Shown piece after piece: positions 1 to 13,015 of a stretch of DNA of 64,000 nucleotides. The notes under the pieces are model-generated. The model did no database searches. It was not told the DNA's origin and was given only the letters and a program-made list of their open reading frames with translations. The position numbers and the translations under genes were made by a program. Every line of letters starts with the position of its first letter. Positions within the stretch are counted from its first letter, which is position 1. Origin of the DNA: Basidiobolus meristosporus CBS 931.73 (Eukaryota > Fungi > Basidiobolomycota); NCBI GenBank assembly GCA_002104905.1, contig MCFE01000196.1, positions 70,451-134,450 on the forward strand, read 5' to 3'.

Positions 1-724
1 CTGCACTGATCCCTGTATCTAGACTGGGCACAGTCAGGCAGAAGATGCAAGAAATCAGCTGTTGCATCCTTGCAAGGCCTTGAGACCCCCCTGTTTTGTT
101 GCATACTTGCCATTGATAAGTAACACTTATGTTAAGATATTTGGAGACCTGGTATAATCTGCAATAGCACCAGAAGTAGTACTCTCAATCACAGGACAAA
201 GAAATTCAAAAGCACCTCAAGCTGCACTTTTAAGAAGGAACAATTGCAGGGAAGATTTGCAAGCATACTAACAACACTGGCTAGTTGACCCAATTGATCC
301 ACCAAGTTGCTGTATTACAACTGTGATAGTGGCTTGCCAAAGGGCAACTCAATAGCCAGTACAAAGTTCAGCTCAAAGAATCTGAAGAAACTGCCACAGA
401 CTCTGAAGGTACCATGAGGCAAGTGAGGAAATGCCTTGATTGCTCCATAGTCTCTACAGAAGGACTACATTACATCTCTGAAGAAGCAAAAACTGATTAC
501 CAATAATGGATAACTGCCAAGAAAATATATGCCCTCTTCAAAAGGGGCTCCACCATCATGTTGAATACATCTAGGACAGGCGCCAATAACACTTGCAGCA
601 TGAAGAAGCAAGACTTGCATTACTACATCTTGTAATGTTCTCCAATCCCAAAAGCAAAATTGACCCTGGAAAAACAAGTTGGTCATATATCTTTGATGAC
701 AAAGCTTCCCCTTGACCCCTGAGA

Positions 725-1492
725 TATGTGAGCACTAAAAAGAGTGCTCTCTCCTAGCCCAAGAGTATCCCCAAAAGTTCCCCCCAGAGGCCTGCCTAAA
801 GTCCACAAGTATCCTCCCTATGATACTTCAACAAGTCCTCCCCCCTATTCCTGTCCTTACCTATTCAGAACACTTACCATATCAAGAAGATACTCACACC
901 CCTATTTTTTAACAAATTATCTATCACCTAAGCCCCTCTGATTGAGATATATATGTAGCTAGTTTAGTCAAGTTGAAGGGAGCAAATTTCAGTGTAACAG
1001 ATGTGGGTTATTACTGACTGTACTTGGTGAGTGTGAGAGCTTGTAGATCAAGTCAGTACCACTTGGTTCAGATAGCTTCCAATAGAAGGTAGCAAGGTAC
1101 TAAAGACTTGTGTGTATTCTGTCCAAATCTTCATGTCCCCTTTTGGTTCAATTGGATAGATATATACATATCACTTGGGGGGCTTAGATAATAGAAAACA
1201 TGTTATAAAATAGGGATGTGAACACCTTCCTGTTATGGTAGGTGTTCTAACTAGATAAGGGCAGGGATAGGAGGGAGGATGCAGGGGGGATTTATAGAGA
1301 GGATACTGGGGGACTTTGGGTAGGACTTTGGGGAGAACTTTTGGGCAAAGAGTGGGTACTACATTTAGTACTCACAACAGACACCAGTCTTTATTACTAT
1401 GCTCCCTTCTGTCAGAAGCTATACCAAACCAAGTGGGACTGACTTGATCTACAAGCTCTCCCAAACACTAAGCATAGTCAGCAATAACCCAT
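725..1492. repeat. Split inverted repeat, order A(+) B(+) A(-) B(-), of LTR-like sequence
   Basis: ~725-999 matches the reverse complement of ~1114-1380, and ~1003-1113 matches the reverse complement of ~1381-1492 (e.g. gagagcttgtagatcaagtcagt vs actgacttgatctacaagctctc). The copies are diverged. Confidence 0.75.
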
Positions 1493-4312
1493 ACCACTAC
1501 TGACAATGATGTTATAGTTACCATCCCAAATAGTCTGACAAACAAGCTTCAGGTCATCATATCAGTTCTAAGGTCCAGAACTGAAGATTTAACCTTAAAT
1601 TTTGTGTATGGAATGCCTGTGTTATCAATAAACACAAGACAGGAGAGTAGCACTTGGTAAGGCTGTACCAGCAAAGGACTTGGGCATGGATCAACAATGC
1701 AAGACTGTTTATTCAATACCTGTGTTTATCAAGCTGAGGAATACATAAGGAGGGATAGAACTATGTATACTCTTTGGCAATATGAATGCCAAGAGATATT
1801 GGCTAATACTGATAAGGTTTTGGGGCAAGACACATCAATTGTGCCAAGATAGAAATATATCAAAGAAAAACTAGAATATCACATGCAGATATGGCAGTGT
1901 CAGCTGATTGTTTGACATGATTATGTGATATTTGTCTACCATTTATGGTATTTGACTATATAATCTCACACAGAAGCTTCCATGGAATATTCCAATTTGT
2001 AGCGCTGACTTGGAGCCTTCAAGAAGCTGCCAGAATATAGCAGGGGTTTTTACAAGGAACTGTGATTTCTCCACCAACCTGATTTGGTAGGATCATGAAT
2101 GGTCAAGGATGTTATGTGATCATGATAGCTCCTGCATGAGGTTTTAGGATAACCCAGCACCAACAAGAAGGAAGAAAATAATTTTAATAAGCAATGATTA
2201 CCAACAAAGGAGGTACTCAAGAGCCTCTGAAGGCAACATCAGCCTGTTTTGCAACTACTGCAAATGGAACAAACACACAGCAGAATAGTGACTCAAATAT
2301 TAGATAACCAGCAGAAAAACATGAATATGGAAATGCTGCAACAGTAGAAGATAGAGTATTTATATCTGTACTGAATATGACCTCAAGCAAGGATTCTCAG
2401 AAATGATGTATTGACTCTGGAACATGTCTGCACCACCCAAAACCACATTTAATAAATATCAGGAAATTGCAATTGAGAAGGTTCTCACAGGTGATAATCA
2501 TAGACAGGATGCAATTGGAAAAGGAGCCATCAAAGTAAACCTTAGAAGGAGTGAAAGAAGCTACACACTTAACCTCATAGAAGTACTCTACATTACAGAA
2601 AACTGCTAGACTTACTATCTGTAAGCAAGGACACAGCAGAAGAACTCAGTTGCAGTTTTTACAAGTCTGGATGCAGGAGCACTAATCAAGATGGTGCCTT
2701 TACTTTTTTTTGATATAGGAGATCATGACCTTTACTAGTTGACTCATATTCCACCATATCTGGAAGCCAATATAAGCTTAATTAAAAGAAGCAATACCAA
2801 TACCTTGGTACATGAGATTTGGACAAATGAGTTTTGATTATTTGCACAAAATGAACAACAATCAGCTAGCTTCCAAAGTAAAATCTTTTCCCCTGCATAT
2901 TTGGAGCTCTGTAAAGCCTGTATTCATGGGATGCAAACAAGAGAATCATTCAAGAGCTTTTGTTAATCACACCTGAGTAAAAATTCAATTGCCACCACTC
3001 TAGTCTGTGTGGACCTATGCAAAATTTATCCTTATGCAGGATGAAGTATTTAATCACTTCTATTGATGATTATACAAGATGCATATGGGTGTACTTCATG
3101 GATAGAAAGGAAAAAGCTCTGTAGGAGCTCAAGATGCTTGATGCTGAGGTGGACAGAGAAAGTGGTGAAAAAGCTGAGAAAACAGGTCCAGAAAATGTTG
3201 GACAAATGCAAAATTCATGAGCTCAAGCAAGAGACTACTGTACTATACTCCCCACAGCAAAATGGAGAGGCAGATTGTGCCATTATATCAATGATTGATA
3301 TGTCAAGATCTATGATTTATGATCCACACTTATCCTGCTAATTTTGGGTGGAATCAATTGTTGTAGCTATATATCTTAAGAACGGGAGTGACAGCACAAT
3401 ACTTTGTGATTCTACCCCATTTGAGGCATGACATGGTGTATACCAAGTGCAGAACATCTAAGAAAGCTTGAGTGTACAGCATATGCCAATAACTGCCTAG
3501 TAATCAGCCAAGATTTGGGCCAAGAGGTGTTAAATGCATACTATTGGGTTACTGCAATTAGAGTAAATCAATACAACTCTAAAGTACCAAAGCAAACAAA
3601 TCAATCAAGTCAAGGGATGTGTTGCTTGATGATATTCACAACTTTTACACAAAAACAATAGATGACAACAAAAATATTATATCAAGTCCACAAATAATAA
3701 GTGATGAATGAGAGCAAAACAATGTAAAACATTGATGGAAAATCAAGCTTGGTACTTAGGAGAGCTACTGACCAAGCCAAAAATCAATTGGAAGCTGATG
3801 GTCCATTAAGAAAAATACAAGGCTGATGGTACAACTGAAAGATAGAAAACAAGACTTGTGGCCAACAGATACTCTCAAACAAATGACTGGGCTATACTAA
3901 GATATTTGCACTGATGGCAAAGTTTAGTTCCATCAGACTCATATTGGCTATTGCAGATAATAAAAGTTCTTACTTGGTAAATGGATGGAAAAACTCTAGT
4001 TTTGAACAAAGAACTTAATGTGGATGTGAACCTGAATTAGCCTGATGGATTTGTTGGTCTGGATAACTTTCATTTGGTCTACAAGCTTAAACAATCTCCA
4101 TATGTTCTGAAACAATCAGCAGGAGCCTGGAATTGCAAGACATATGCTTATTTGGAATCTTGAATTTCTGTAGAGGTACTGCTGACCTCAGTATCTACTG
4201 TATGCCAGATCTTGCAGGTCCAATTTTATTAGCACTGTATGTGGATGATCTTACTATAGATATCAATAATCAAGAAATCTTGACAGAGACTAAATCTAGC
4301 CTATCCATGGAG

Positions 4313-7240
4313 TGTCATGATCATGTGAAATCCCTGGTCTCTGAAGTTCAAGCTAAATCAAGTTGCTGGAGAAGTCCCTATTCCTTCTAGAGAGTTCTAC
4401 TACATTCTATCAATTTCTAGAAAACTCCAAGTCAACATTACTCAATGAAACATTCAATAGAAGCTCCCCTTTGGGGTTAATGTAGCCAATTACCATGTAT
4501 GGTAATTACATGCCACAAAGCTGTTCACATGATCAGCTGACCATTGACATATCTCCATGTGATATTCTAGTCTGTACTTTGGTATAGTTTCACCTTGGCA
4601 CACTTATGGTGCCTCACCCCAGAACCCTGTCAGTATCAGCTAATATCTCTTGGCATCCATATTGCTAAAAAATATATATAGTCTTATCCCCCCCTTATGC
4701 ATTCCTCAGCTTGACTAACACAGGTCTTAAATAAACAGCCTTGCCTTGGAGATCCACCTTGCCTTGTTGATCAACACCTAAGTCCTTTCCTGGTCCTGCC
4801 TTGCCTTGCTCTACTTTCCTGCCTTGTCTCTATTTGTAATAGTTTTATCAGACTAATCTTGACTTAGCTGTGGATCTCTGCCTTCTACCCAAAGTTCATG
4901 AGAAGAACTTATAAAGGTATACCTACTGTGAGTATCACTGCAAATCTGTTGCTACTCATATCCTCTAAAGGCAAAGATACTTTATCTTGTTAAGATTATT
5001 GCCCAAAGCTGCATTTTCTTTATTACCCCGCAGGTGTAGCTTATAGTTATTGCAGTATTGGAAGCTTGAGTACAATATTCTATCAAAGAATGTTAAAGTC
5101 AGTACCTTCTGAAGTGACACTAACCTATTCAAAGTTGGGGATTGTGGCTCAATAGCTTTATTGTTGAGAAACTAGTGGCTCTATAACCCACATATTAGGT
5201 AGTAGTATCCAGTATTCCTGAACAAGCTCAAGAAACCTCTCCACCTCCTGCCATCCCAACATATTCAGTCCAGAGTACAACCTTGCAAGTGTCATGGCTG
5301 CCTTTGGCTAGCTGCAACAAGACAATTCAGATCTCAGGAACACTGTTGCTCAGCTTCAGAGCCAAAATACTCAACAGCCTATCATACTCCCTCCTACCAG
5401 GATTACAAGAGCACTTCCATTACCAGTTACCAACATAGTCAAACACCACTTGTTGCTACAGCCCAATTGGTCCCAACAGATCAAGCAAAAGTTGATTATA
5501 TCTCTAACTTGCTCACTGGAACTGCCCAGAAATGGTTCTCCCCTTTGGTGGAAACCTCTACTCAGTGACTACCATGCCTTCCTCACAGAAATAGAGCTAA
5601 CATTTGGCAACATTGACAAAGCCAGACCTGCTACCAACAAGACCAAGAACTTGAAGCAAGGAAACACATCCACATCTGCCTATGCTTCTGAATTCCAGCT
5701 ACTAGCCAGCAACTTGTGCCTTTGGGGTGATGCTGCCCTAACTTGTCAGTTTCAAGATGGACTCAATGATGAACTCAGTGACCATTACTCACACTCTCTG
5801 ACCCAAATAGCTTGGGTGAGGTTATTAATATAGCAATCCAATGTTAGAATTTCCTTTTCCAGATGAAACAAAAGTTCCAAAATACTTATCAGCCAACCTC
5901 CTTCTCAGTAGTTTAATCACCCAGTACTAAGCCTGATGATCCTATGCAAATTGACAGTGCCAAATGCAAGAAAGTTACAAAAAAGAGTAAGATCCAAACA
6001 TCAACAGGCAAAGCTCTGCCTTTACTGTGGCCAACCGGACCACTTTGCCAAGTCTTGTCCCAACAAGAAGTGCAGCTTCAAGCTCTTGCAATCATCCAGT
6101 GAACAGTCTTCTCCAGAGTTGTTGGAAAACTATAGTGCTCCGTTACAATGACAGGCTTGCAGCTGGACCCTCCAATAAAACATCATACACTACCAAGTCC
6201 ATCCAGTCCTTAAGAATGCCTGTCAACATTCATATCTCTGAATCCAGTCCTGTCCATGCCCTTGCCCTCATAGATCCTCCTGCTTCCTCCTGTTTCATTG
6301 ACCAGTCCTTTGTCCAGAAGCATAAAATCCCCAATATCTTGAAATCATGTCCTGTCCAAGTAGAAGTTATTAACGGAAGATCCCTTTCCTCTGGTGCTGT
6401 TACCCATGAGACACATCTACTCTGGCTGTCCAGTATTGTTCACCATGAGACAATAGCCTTCAACATTATTGACTCTCACCACTACCCCATAGTCCTTGGA
6501 AGCTCATGGATTAGTCACTATAACTCAACTAAGAGCCATTGCCTGGAATAGGAAACAGCTTGATTCCTTTGATTCTATTAAGAAACCCTTCTTGTGCACC
6601 CACTTCTTGCCCACCCTGACCTTGAGAGACCTTTCAACATAGAAGCCAATGCCTCTGACTTTACCCTTTGTGCCATCCTTTTGCAGTATGATGACAAGAA
6701 TGTGCTGCATCCTATTGAATTCTACTCTCAAAAATTGACTCCAGCTAAAGTAAACTATGATATCTATGACAAGGCACTACCTGAAATCATTATTGCCTTT
6801 GAGAAATAGAGACACAACCTTGATGGTGCAGCCCAAAAGATAAAGATTTTCTGTGACAACAAGAACCTTGAGTACTTTACCAACCCAAAAGCGTTGAACC
6901 AGAGACAAGCCAGAAGGTCACACTTCCTGTCTAGCTTTGACTTTGTCATCACCTATAGACCAGGTGTGTAATATCACCATGTGATGTTCTAGTCTGTTCT
7001 TTAGTATATTTCTATCTTGGCACACTTACTGTGCCTCACCCCAGAATCCCATCAGTATTAGCCAATATCTCATGGCATCCATATTGCCAAAATGTGTATA
7101 TAGTCTTATCCCCCCTTATGAAATGCTCAGTCTGATAAACACAGGTCTTGAATAAACCTGCCTTGCCTTGTAAATCCACCTTACCTTGTTGATCCACACC
7201 TAAGACCTTTCCTGATCCTGCCTTGTGTCTATTCAACACA
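4313..7240 (+). mobile_element. Internally deleted Ty3/Gypsy (Tf2/chromovirus-like) element nested in Copia RT
   Basis: TG...CA ends. 5' LTR ~4313-4841 and partial 3' LTR ~6971-7240 share ~260 bp. Contains retrotransposon gag, CLYCGQPDHFAKSC knuckle, protease (ALIDPPASSCFID), and RNase H (PFNIEANASDF...FYSQKL...NYDIYDK). No RT or integrase seen. The host Copia RT frame resumes across the insert. Confidence 0.88.
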
Positions 7241-7434
7241 CAGAGATCAAGATGTCTGATCTAGGAGAACTCAATTACTACTTAAGGATAAAGCGCTCCA
7301 TATACAGAAGTACCCAGACTATATCTCATGCTAGTCCAAGTGTACTCAGTATACACCAAGGAAGAACTAAATGGAAGGCTGTAGACTTGAAGCTATCTCA
7401 TTGGAGACAAAACTTTACTTTGTCAAGACCCAAC

Positions 7435-7649
7435 CAAATCAAGGGAGCTTAGTGCCATCTGAAAGCCAAGAGTTTCCTTACCAATCAATGTTTAGCAGTC
7501 TAATATATCTCATGCTTAGAATATATTTGGATGTTACAAGTCAAATCAAGGGAGCATAGTGCCATCTAAAAACCAAGAGTTTCCTTACTAATCAATGTTT
7601 GGCAGTCTAATATATCTCATGCTTAGAATATGTTTGGATGTTACAAGTC
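7435..7649 (+). repeat. 107-bp tandem duplication spanning a Copia/solo-LTR junction
   Basis: The unit caaatcaagggagc...ggatgttacaagtc starts at 7435 and again at 7542. Confidence 0.9.
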
Positions 7650-8007
7650 TTGATAAAAGAGTTGTAGAGGAATAGGGAGTTTAGCTAGTATTGTATTCAC
7701 TAAAACTTGAACTGATCATTATTGAGGGTCCAACAGCTCCTTATATATGTTATGCCAGAGCAATTGCTGACTAATTGTATTTCCTAATGTGGGTCGCGGC
7801 AGATGATTCATTTGATGGCATCATCATCACCCAATTATATGATATTTAATATGTCTATTTCTGTATGATCAGGATCTGCTGATTTTTCTGCTGACTAATA
7901 CTACTGATCTGATAGCTAAAACTGATATATTGATAGGCTAAACATAAAATTAACAGATTTCATTAAAAACTTATCCAACTTAAACATTCAGGCAGTATAT
8001 TGTAACA
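7639..8007. mobile_element. Solo LTR (369 bp) inserted in Copia RT
   Basis: Termini tgttaca...tgtaaca are a perfect 7-bp inverted repeat. Flanks are tgga/caga. Copia RT sequence (..CPDISYSVGVVS-like) continues on both sides. Confidence 0.8.
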
Positions 8008-8638
8008 CAGATATCTCACATTCAGTGGGAGTTGTCAGCCTACATAATCAGAGCTTTGTATCTGATCATATTACAGCAGTGAGGCAATTTTTAGATACCA
8101 AAAAGTAACATCCCACATCTGCTGAAAGTACACCTATAGGATTCTAGAAAAGGATCTTGTGGGATGTTCTGATGCTGACTGGGGACAAAATTCAGAAGAC
8201 ATCACATCATCATAGGATATTTCTTTCTTTACTATTAAGGAGCAGTTACAGGAAATTCAACAAAGCAATTGACTGTATCACTTTCTACCATTGAGGCAGA
8301 GTATATGACAGCCTGTAAAGCTACAAAAGAAGCAATGTGGCTAAGAAAGCCTTTTAAAGACTTAGACTCATGTTAATATATGCCTGGTACTTTGTTTCAA
8401 GATAATCAGGGATGTGTAAACTTATGTAGAGAATTAACTTTTTATGTTCAAACAAGGCATAGTGATATTAGACATCAGTTTATACATGAAGCTCTAGAGA
8501 ATAACTTAGTTAAGTGAGTGTACTGTCTCACAGATGACATGATTACTGACATATTTATTAAGCCATTAGCCAGAGACAAATTTCAAAATCCTAGGTCACA
8601 ATTAGGACCTGTAAGTACAAGCATTTAGTTGAGTGGAG

Positions 8639-8983
8639 TGTTGTAAAGATTTATACATCCACCTAGATATTCACCTTACTTATTCACTTAGATCATTACC
8701 TACAGATCTTATAGAATACTGACCAGACTCCTTGTTGGGATTTATTGGACTTTTTTTGACAAAATGCTAGGTAACCAGAACATAAAAATTCTCAAAGTTG
8801 TCCAAACAGCCCAAACTTTGTGCACTTGTTCTTGGACCTTCCTAAGCATATTCTGCATACTTGCAATGCCATGTCCATGTGAAAATATAATACTACTTTT
8901 ACATTCATTGAAGCATTAAGTGAAAACACCACAGTCTACTTGTGCTCCCAATTTCTTCCAATTTCTCCAAGACTCTTACAACA
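8639..8983 (+). repeat. Copia LTR (345 bp), 3' LTR of the first Copia copy
   Basis: tgttgtaa...cttacaaca preceded by a PPT. The same family recurs about 10 times in the window. Confidence 0.9.
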
Positions 8984-9029
8984 TTACCAAGTTGCAAATG
9001 GGGCATTTCAAGATAAATCAGCCCTATGA

Positions 9030-9950
9030 GATACCTTAAAATTAGAAGAACTTGCAAGGTATCACAGAGTATCAGCTGTCCAAAGTACTTCTTACTATCT
9101 TTAATTTATAATTCTATACATATGCAATAATACAAATTTAAGGACAGGATGAACTGGGTATTTTTTGTTCAAGTGGCCTTCTGAAGCAGCATCTATCCAG
9201 GGAACATTGGAAACATTGGGAGCCATATGTCAACATTGTTGGAATACTCATCCAGAAGTGGTTCACCAATACCCTATGAAAAGTTATTGTGACAATCCTG
9301 TCAAAAGGCTATCCCAGATTCCAAGTCCTGTGACTGAGAGGTATTAATTCCGTCAGGACACAATGCAAAGACTGTCAAAAGTCATTGCATCCCATAATAT
9401 CATAAAAAACTTGATCAAACATTTTCATTACAATAATACAAAGTGGCTTTTGATTGGTTCACTGCCAATTCTGTCACTTTCTGATATTGGCCACTCTATT
9501 ACCACTTACATTTGTGTTTATTGATTGGCTATTTCCTCCTTTTCCAATCCTTACTACCTGACCCAACCATTTCTCTTATATTTCCTGCATACAAATTGAT
9601 TCACTTCTGCAGAGACTTCAGTTTTACCACAATTACCAGTTTTATTGACATATACAAGCCCCTATGCCCTACACTAACACCAAGCCCAACCCCACACTCA
9701 ACAAGTAACTTCATTAGAGTCCACCACTTAATAGGTATCGCTGCTGTTACATACTGTTTCCACAACATTGGCAGGAACTCTACAGCTTTATGCCATTGTT
9801 TATTCACTGGTTCCCATATATCCTGGTCTTCAGCCAGCACTGCAAGGTCTAACTCCTCATCTTCTAGTCTTTGCAAAGAGTTCTTGCAATATTCAAGTGC
9901 ATTTTCTTGAGCACTGCTCACAAAGAACTGCAGCAACCTCTTGGTGTGCT
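9030..9950 (-). pseudogene. Heavily decayed DDE transposase relic, PIF/Harbinger (DDE_Tnp_4)-like
   Basis: Minus-strand fragments VIEWPISE and FALCPDGI resemble the DGT-x-x-PI-x-RP and x-PDGI motifs. Multiple stops and frameshifts. Confidence 0.4.
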
Positions 9951-11849
9951 TATTAATGCTCTAAGGCTCCACCAAAGGCATTGTGACCACATTTTGAGCT
10001 CTTGATGTTGCTACTCTGTCTGTCAGTAACATCTCCATTCTATCAACAACAGAGGATGTGGAGGCTGTGGTAGACAGATTGTCTTTGTTTGCAGACTTAT
10101 CTACCTCACTGGAGTGTAACTCAACTAACTGGGCTTCCCACTCTTGTGAAATCAGCTATTTTCTTGCTGGCAATTCTTCTTGGCTATGTAGGGATTCAGT
10201 CTGTTCTGGGCTTACAGCATTAATTGGCAAGAACTTCAGCTTTTTTCTTACACTTCCCTGTTCCCTTTACCTTTTCTTTTATAACTGCTAGGTATTACAC
10301 TGCTACTTTGTCTTAGTGCTTCAAGTATTCAACTACATTTTCTCCTTGTTTAAAGCTGCTCTGATGCATCTATTTTGGCCTGCCTGTCCCTTGCTGGCAC
10401 TCTGCAGGCAACATGGCACTTCTTTCTTGCTTATTTCAGACTCTCAGCCCATGCTGTGATGGGCTCCTGAGGTAGCCACTTGTTTTTATCACTGCCAGGT
10501 CCTTCACTGCTACCTTGACGGAGTGATTCTTGAGTAGAACTACGCTTTTTCCTTGGTAAATGTTGTGCTAGTGCATCTGTGTCTGCCAGATTTTCCCTTA
10601 TTGGCATTCCTCCAGCTACCTGGTGCCTCTTTGCTGCTTGTTTGGAGCATTTGGCCCAACAGGTGATGGGCTCTGGAGGAAGCTGCTGGTTATTAGCCAT
10701 TGCACCCTTGTTCTTCTGCCTTTGCTAGTGTCTGCTATTCTTGAGATACTTATTTACCATATCAATGCTGACCCAAAAACCATTTGCTTGTTTGAATCCA
10801 GGATAATGCTCCTGAAGCAAATCAAGTGCGTTCTACTTGACCTTGAGCTGCTAATGGTCAAATGGTATGCTGGCCTTAGAGTGTTGGTGCGCTAGGCCTC
10901 TAATGGCCTCTGGAATATTAGCCCACTCTCCACCAATATGCTCAATACTTTACAGATCTTCAATGTCTTTTGATTATTAGGCTTTGGTATAAACACTACA
11001 TTTTCTTCCTCCTGTGCTGTGATAGGTTTTTCTGTGGGCTTTATCATTGGGCACTGTTTCTGTGCCTCAATGACTGTACAGTGCTCCTTGGCTGCTACAT
11101 TGAAAATGGCTCAATTAGTGGCAATTTCATTCAGCTACTTAAGTTCCTTCTTTGCAGCAAAGATACTGCTTTTTTTACCTGGGGTATTAATTGCTTTACA
11201 CCTGTTATCCACTCATCCTGCTTTGGGACTATTTGCTGATTTCTCTGGGCCATTGCATCTATTCTATCAGCAACTGAACCTAGTTACCTCATTAATGCTT
11301 TGGTTTGAGCTGACAACATACTTTCTGATACAGGTGGTGGTGATGTTATGACAGCCACTGGCTTATCTTCAACTGAAGGTTCTGCTTTTGCAACATTCTC
11401 ATCTGCCTCAGCAATATGGTCAGCCTGCAGCTCTGCAGAGATTCACAATTGCCTACTTGACTGAGAGCCTGAAGAGTTTACATTATTCCCTTTGGTGGGA
11501 CACTCTCCACAGGGCCTTTTTTAGCTGTAGCCCTGCTTGTTACACTGAATGTCAAAGCTAGCTGTTGTCCAGCCATTCTTCTGCTGCTGTTGGGAGTGGG
11601 GTTTGGATGGGAACCAGTTAGCTTTGCTTTTTCTTGGTAGTATATATATGGAAGTGAGTCAAACCAGAGGGGAAATGGTGCTACATATACATGTGTATGT
11701 GGTGCCACAACTTTATTTATAATACTCACTGTGATGGGTCATCATTGAATCTGAAATTCATGTAGGTGCAATATCTCAAATACATGACTGTCTTAAGTTC
11801 ACATGAGTATTGACATAAAAGTAATATAAAAGCATAATGTTGCTGAGTG

Positions 11850-12694
11850 CCAAACTATTTGCCCCATGGACAAGTCTACTTTGATTCAACACCATAAAAG
11901 AAATGAAAAAGACCATGTGTCTATTGCAGTAAGCCTCTTGGCCATAAAGCACAAAGACAGCATAGGAAGTATTACAAGGCTTGTGGCCAGTGTTTTGCCA
12001 CACAAGTCAGATTTGACCATTCAGCAGTCACTATTGTACCAGCAATATCATGCCAGCCACTTGATACTTCTATAATGGCATCTGGCTGTACTTGTCACAT
12101 TGCACAAACTGAGTCAGGAGAGTTTTTGATGCATTTAGGCCAACCAAAGCCTTCTCAATATGGCACACAGAGTTATAGCTCTGAAGAAGCAGGCTCAAGG
12201 ATTAATTATGAGCCTATTGTCCCTAACAACAGTACTCATCATGAGCCTAGCAAAATCCCATTATACAATAAGACAACTCCCATGGAAAAATACACCAAGG
12301 ATACTTTATGGAGTCAAGTGAGCCCAGAAATCCATCTACTGGTGGATGATATGATTTTGTGGCTAGAGAAGTGGCACATTTCCCCTTATATCAGTAATGG
12401 GGGAATTGAGGATCTACTGCTAGTTCTTGCCAAAATTATCCCATGATGCAACTTATAATGACATGGCATAAATGGAAAACTGTCAAATGGCTGGCAACAA
12501 ATGACCCAGAGACCATCATGATATCAGCATGTGTTAACAGTTGCATGGCATTCACATCAGAAAATGCCACCATTGCAGGTGTTCAACTTGTGAGGAATCC
12601 ACCAATATTGGGGGAAAATATTGTTCACACTCAGGATATATTCCAGTAGTACTCCATATAAAGAAGCTAATGCAGTCCAAAAAATACTGTGAAG
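11850..12694 (+). pseudogene. Decayed CACTA/EnSpm (Tnp2-type) transposase, N-terminal part
   Basis: ACVNSCMAFT followed by C-S-T-C and YIPVVLHIKKLM matches the fungal CACTA C-x-x-S-C-M-A-F-T...C-x-x-C...YIPL pattern. Truncated by the Gypsy LTR at 12695. Confidence 0.55.
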
Positions 12695-13015
12695 TATTGT
12701 GTTGTATTATGATTAGTTTGTGGCTTGTTCTTCAATGTAGAGGCTAATCAACAATATACAACAACTTCCATTATACTAATATTGAAATAGTTTATTGGAA
12801 GTTTGATATACCAATAGAAGATATAACTTTCACTAATTTTCTCAATCTTAGGCTCAAAGTATACTGTAGGCAGTGTTTATCACTTCTACATCAATGTTCT
12901 GACCTTCTGTTGACTAATTGGCTTATTTACTTCGATAGTAACTTTTCCTTATTTGGAAGTCACTTTCCTTTTTGAGAAAATATTTCCTAATATGGAAACT
13001 CTGAACTCCCCTTTA

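Larger units (their letters stand above)
2040..8983 (+). mobile_element. Decayed Ty1/Copia retrotransposon (5' LTR missing), interrupted by a Gypsy element and a solo LTR
   Basis: Copia domain order: gag zinc-knuckle relic (~2250), protease IDSG (~2410), integrase (QETTVLYSPQQNG), RT (LALYVDDL ~4240; KMSDLGELNYYL ~7250), RNase H (SDADWG ~8170). Then PPT ttgagtggag and 3' LTR. Many stops and frameshifts. Confidence 0.9.
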
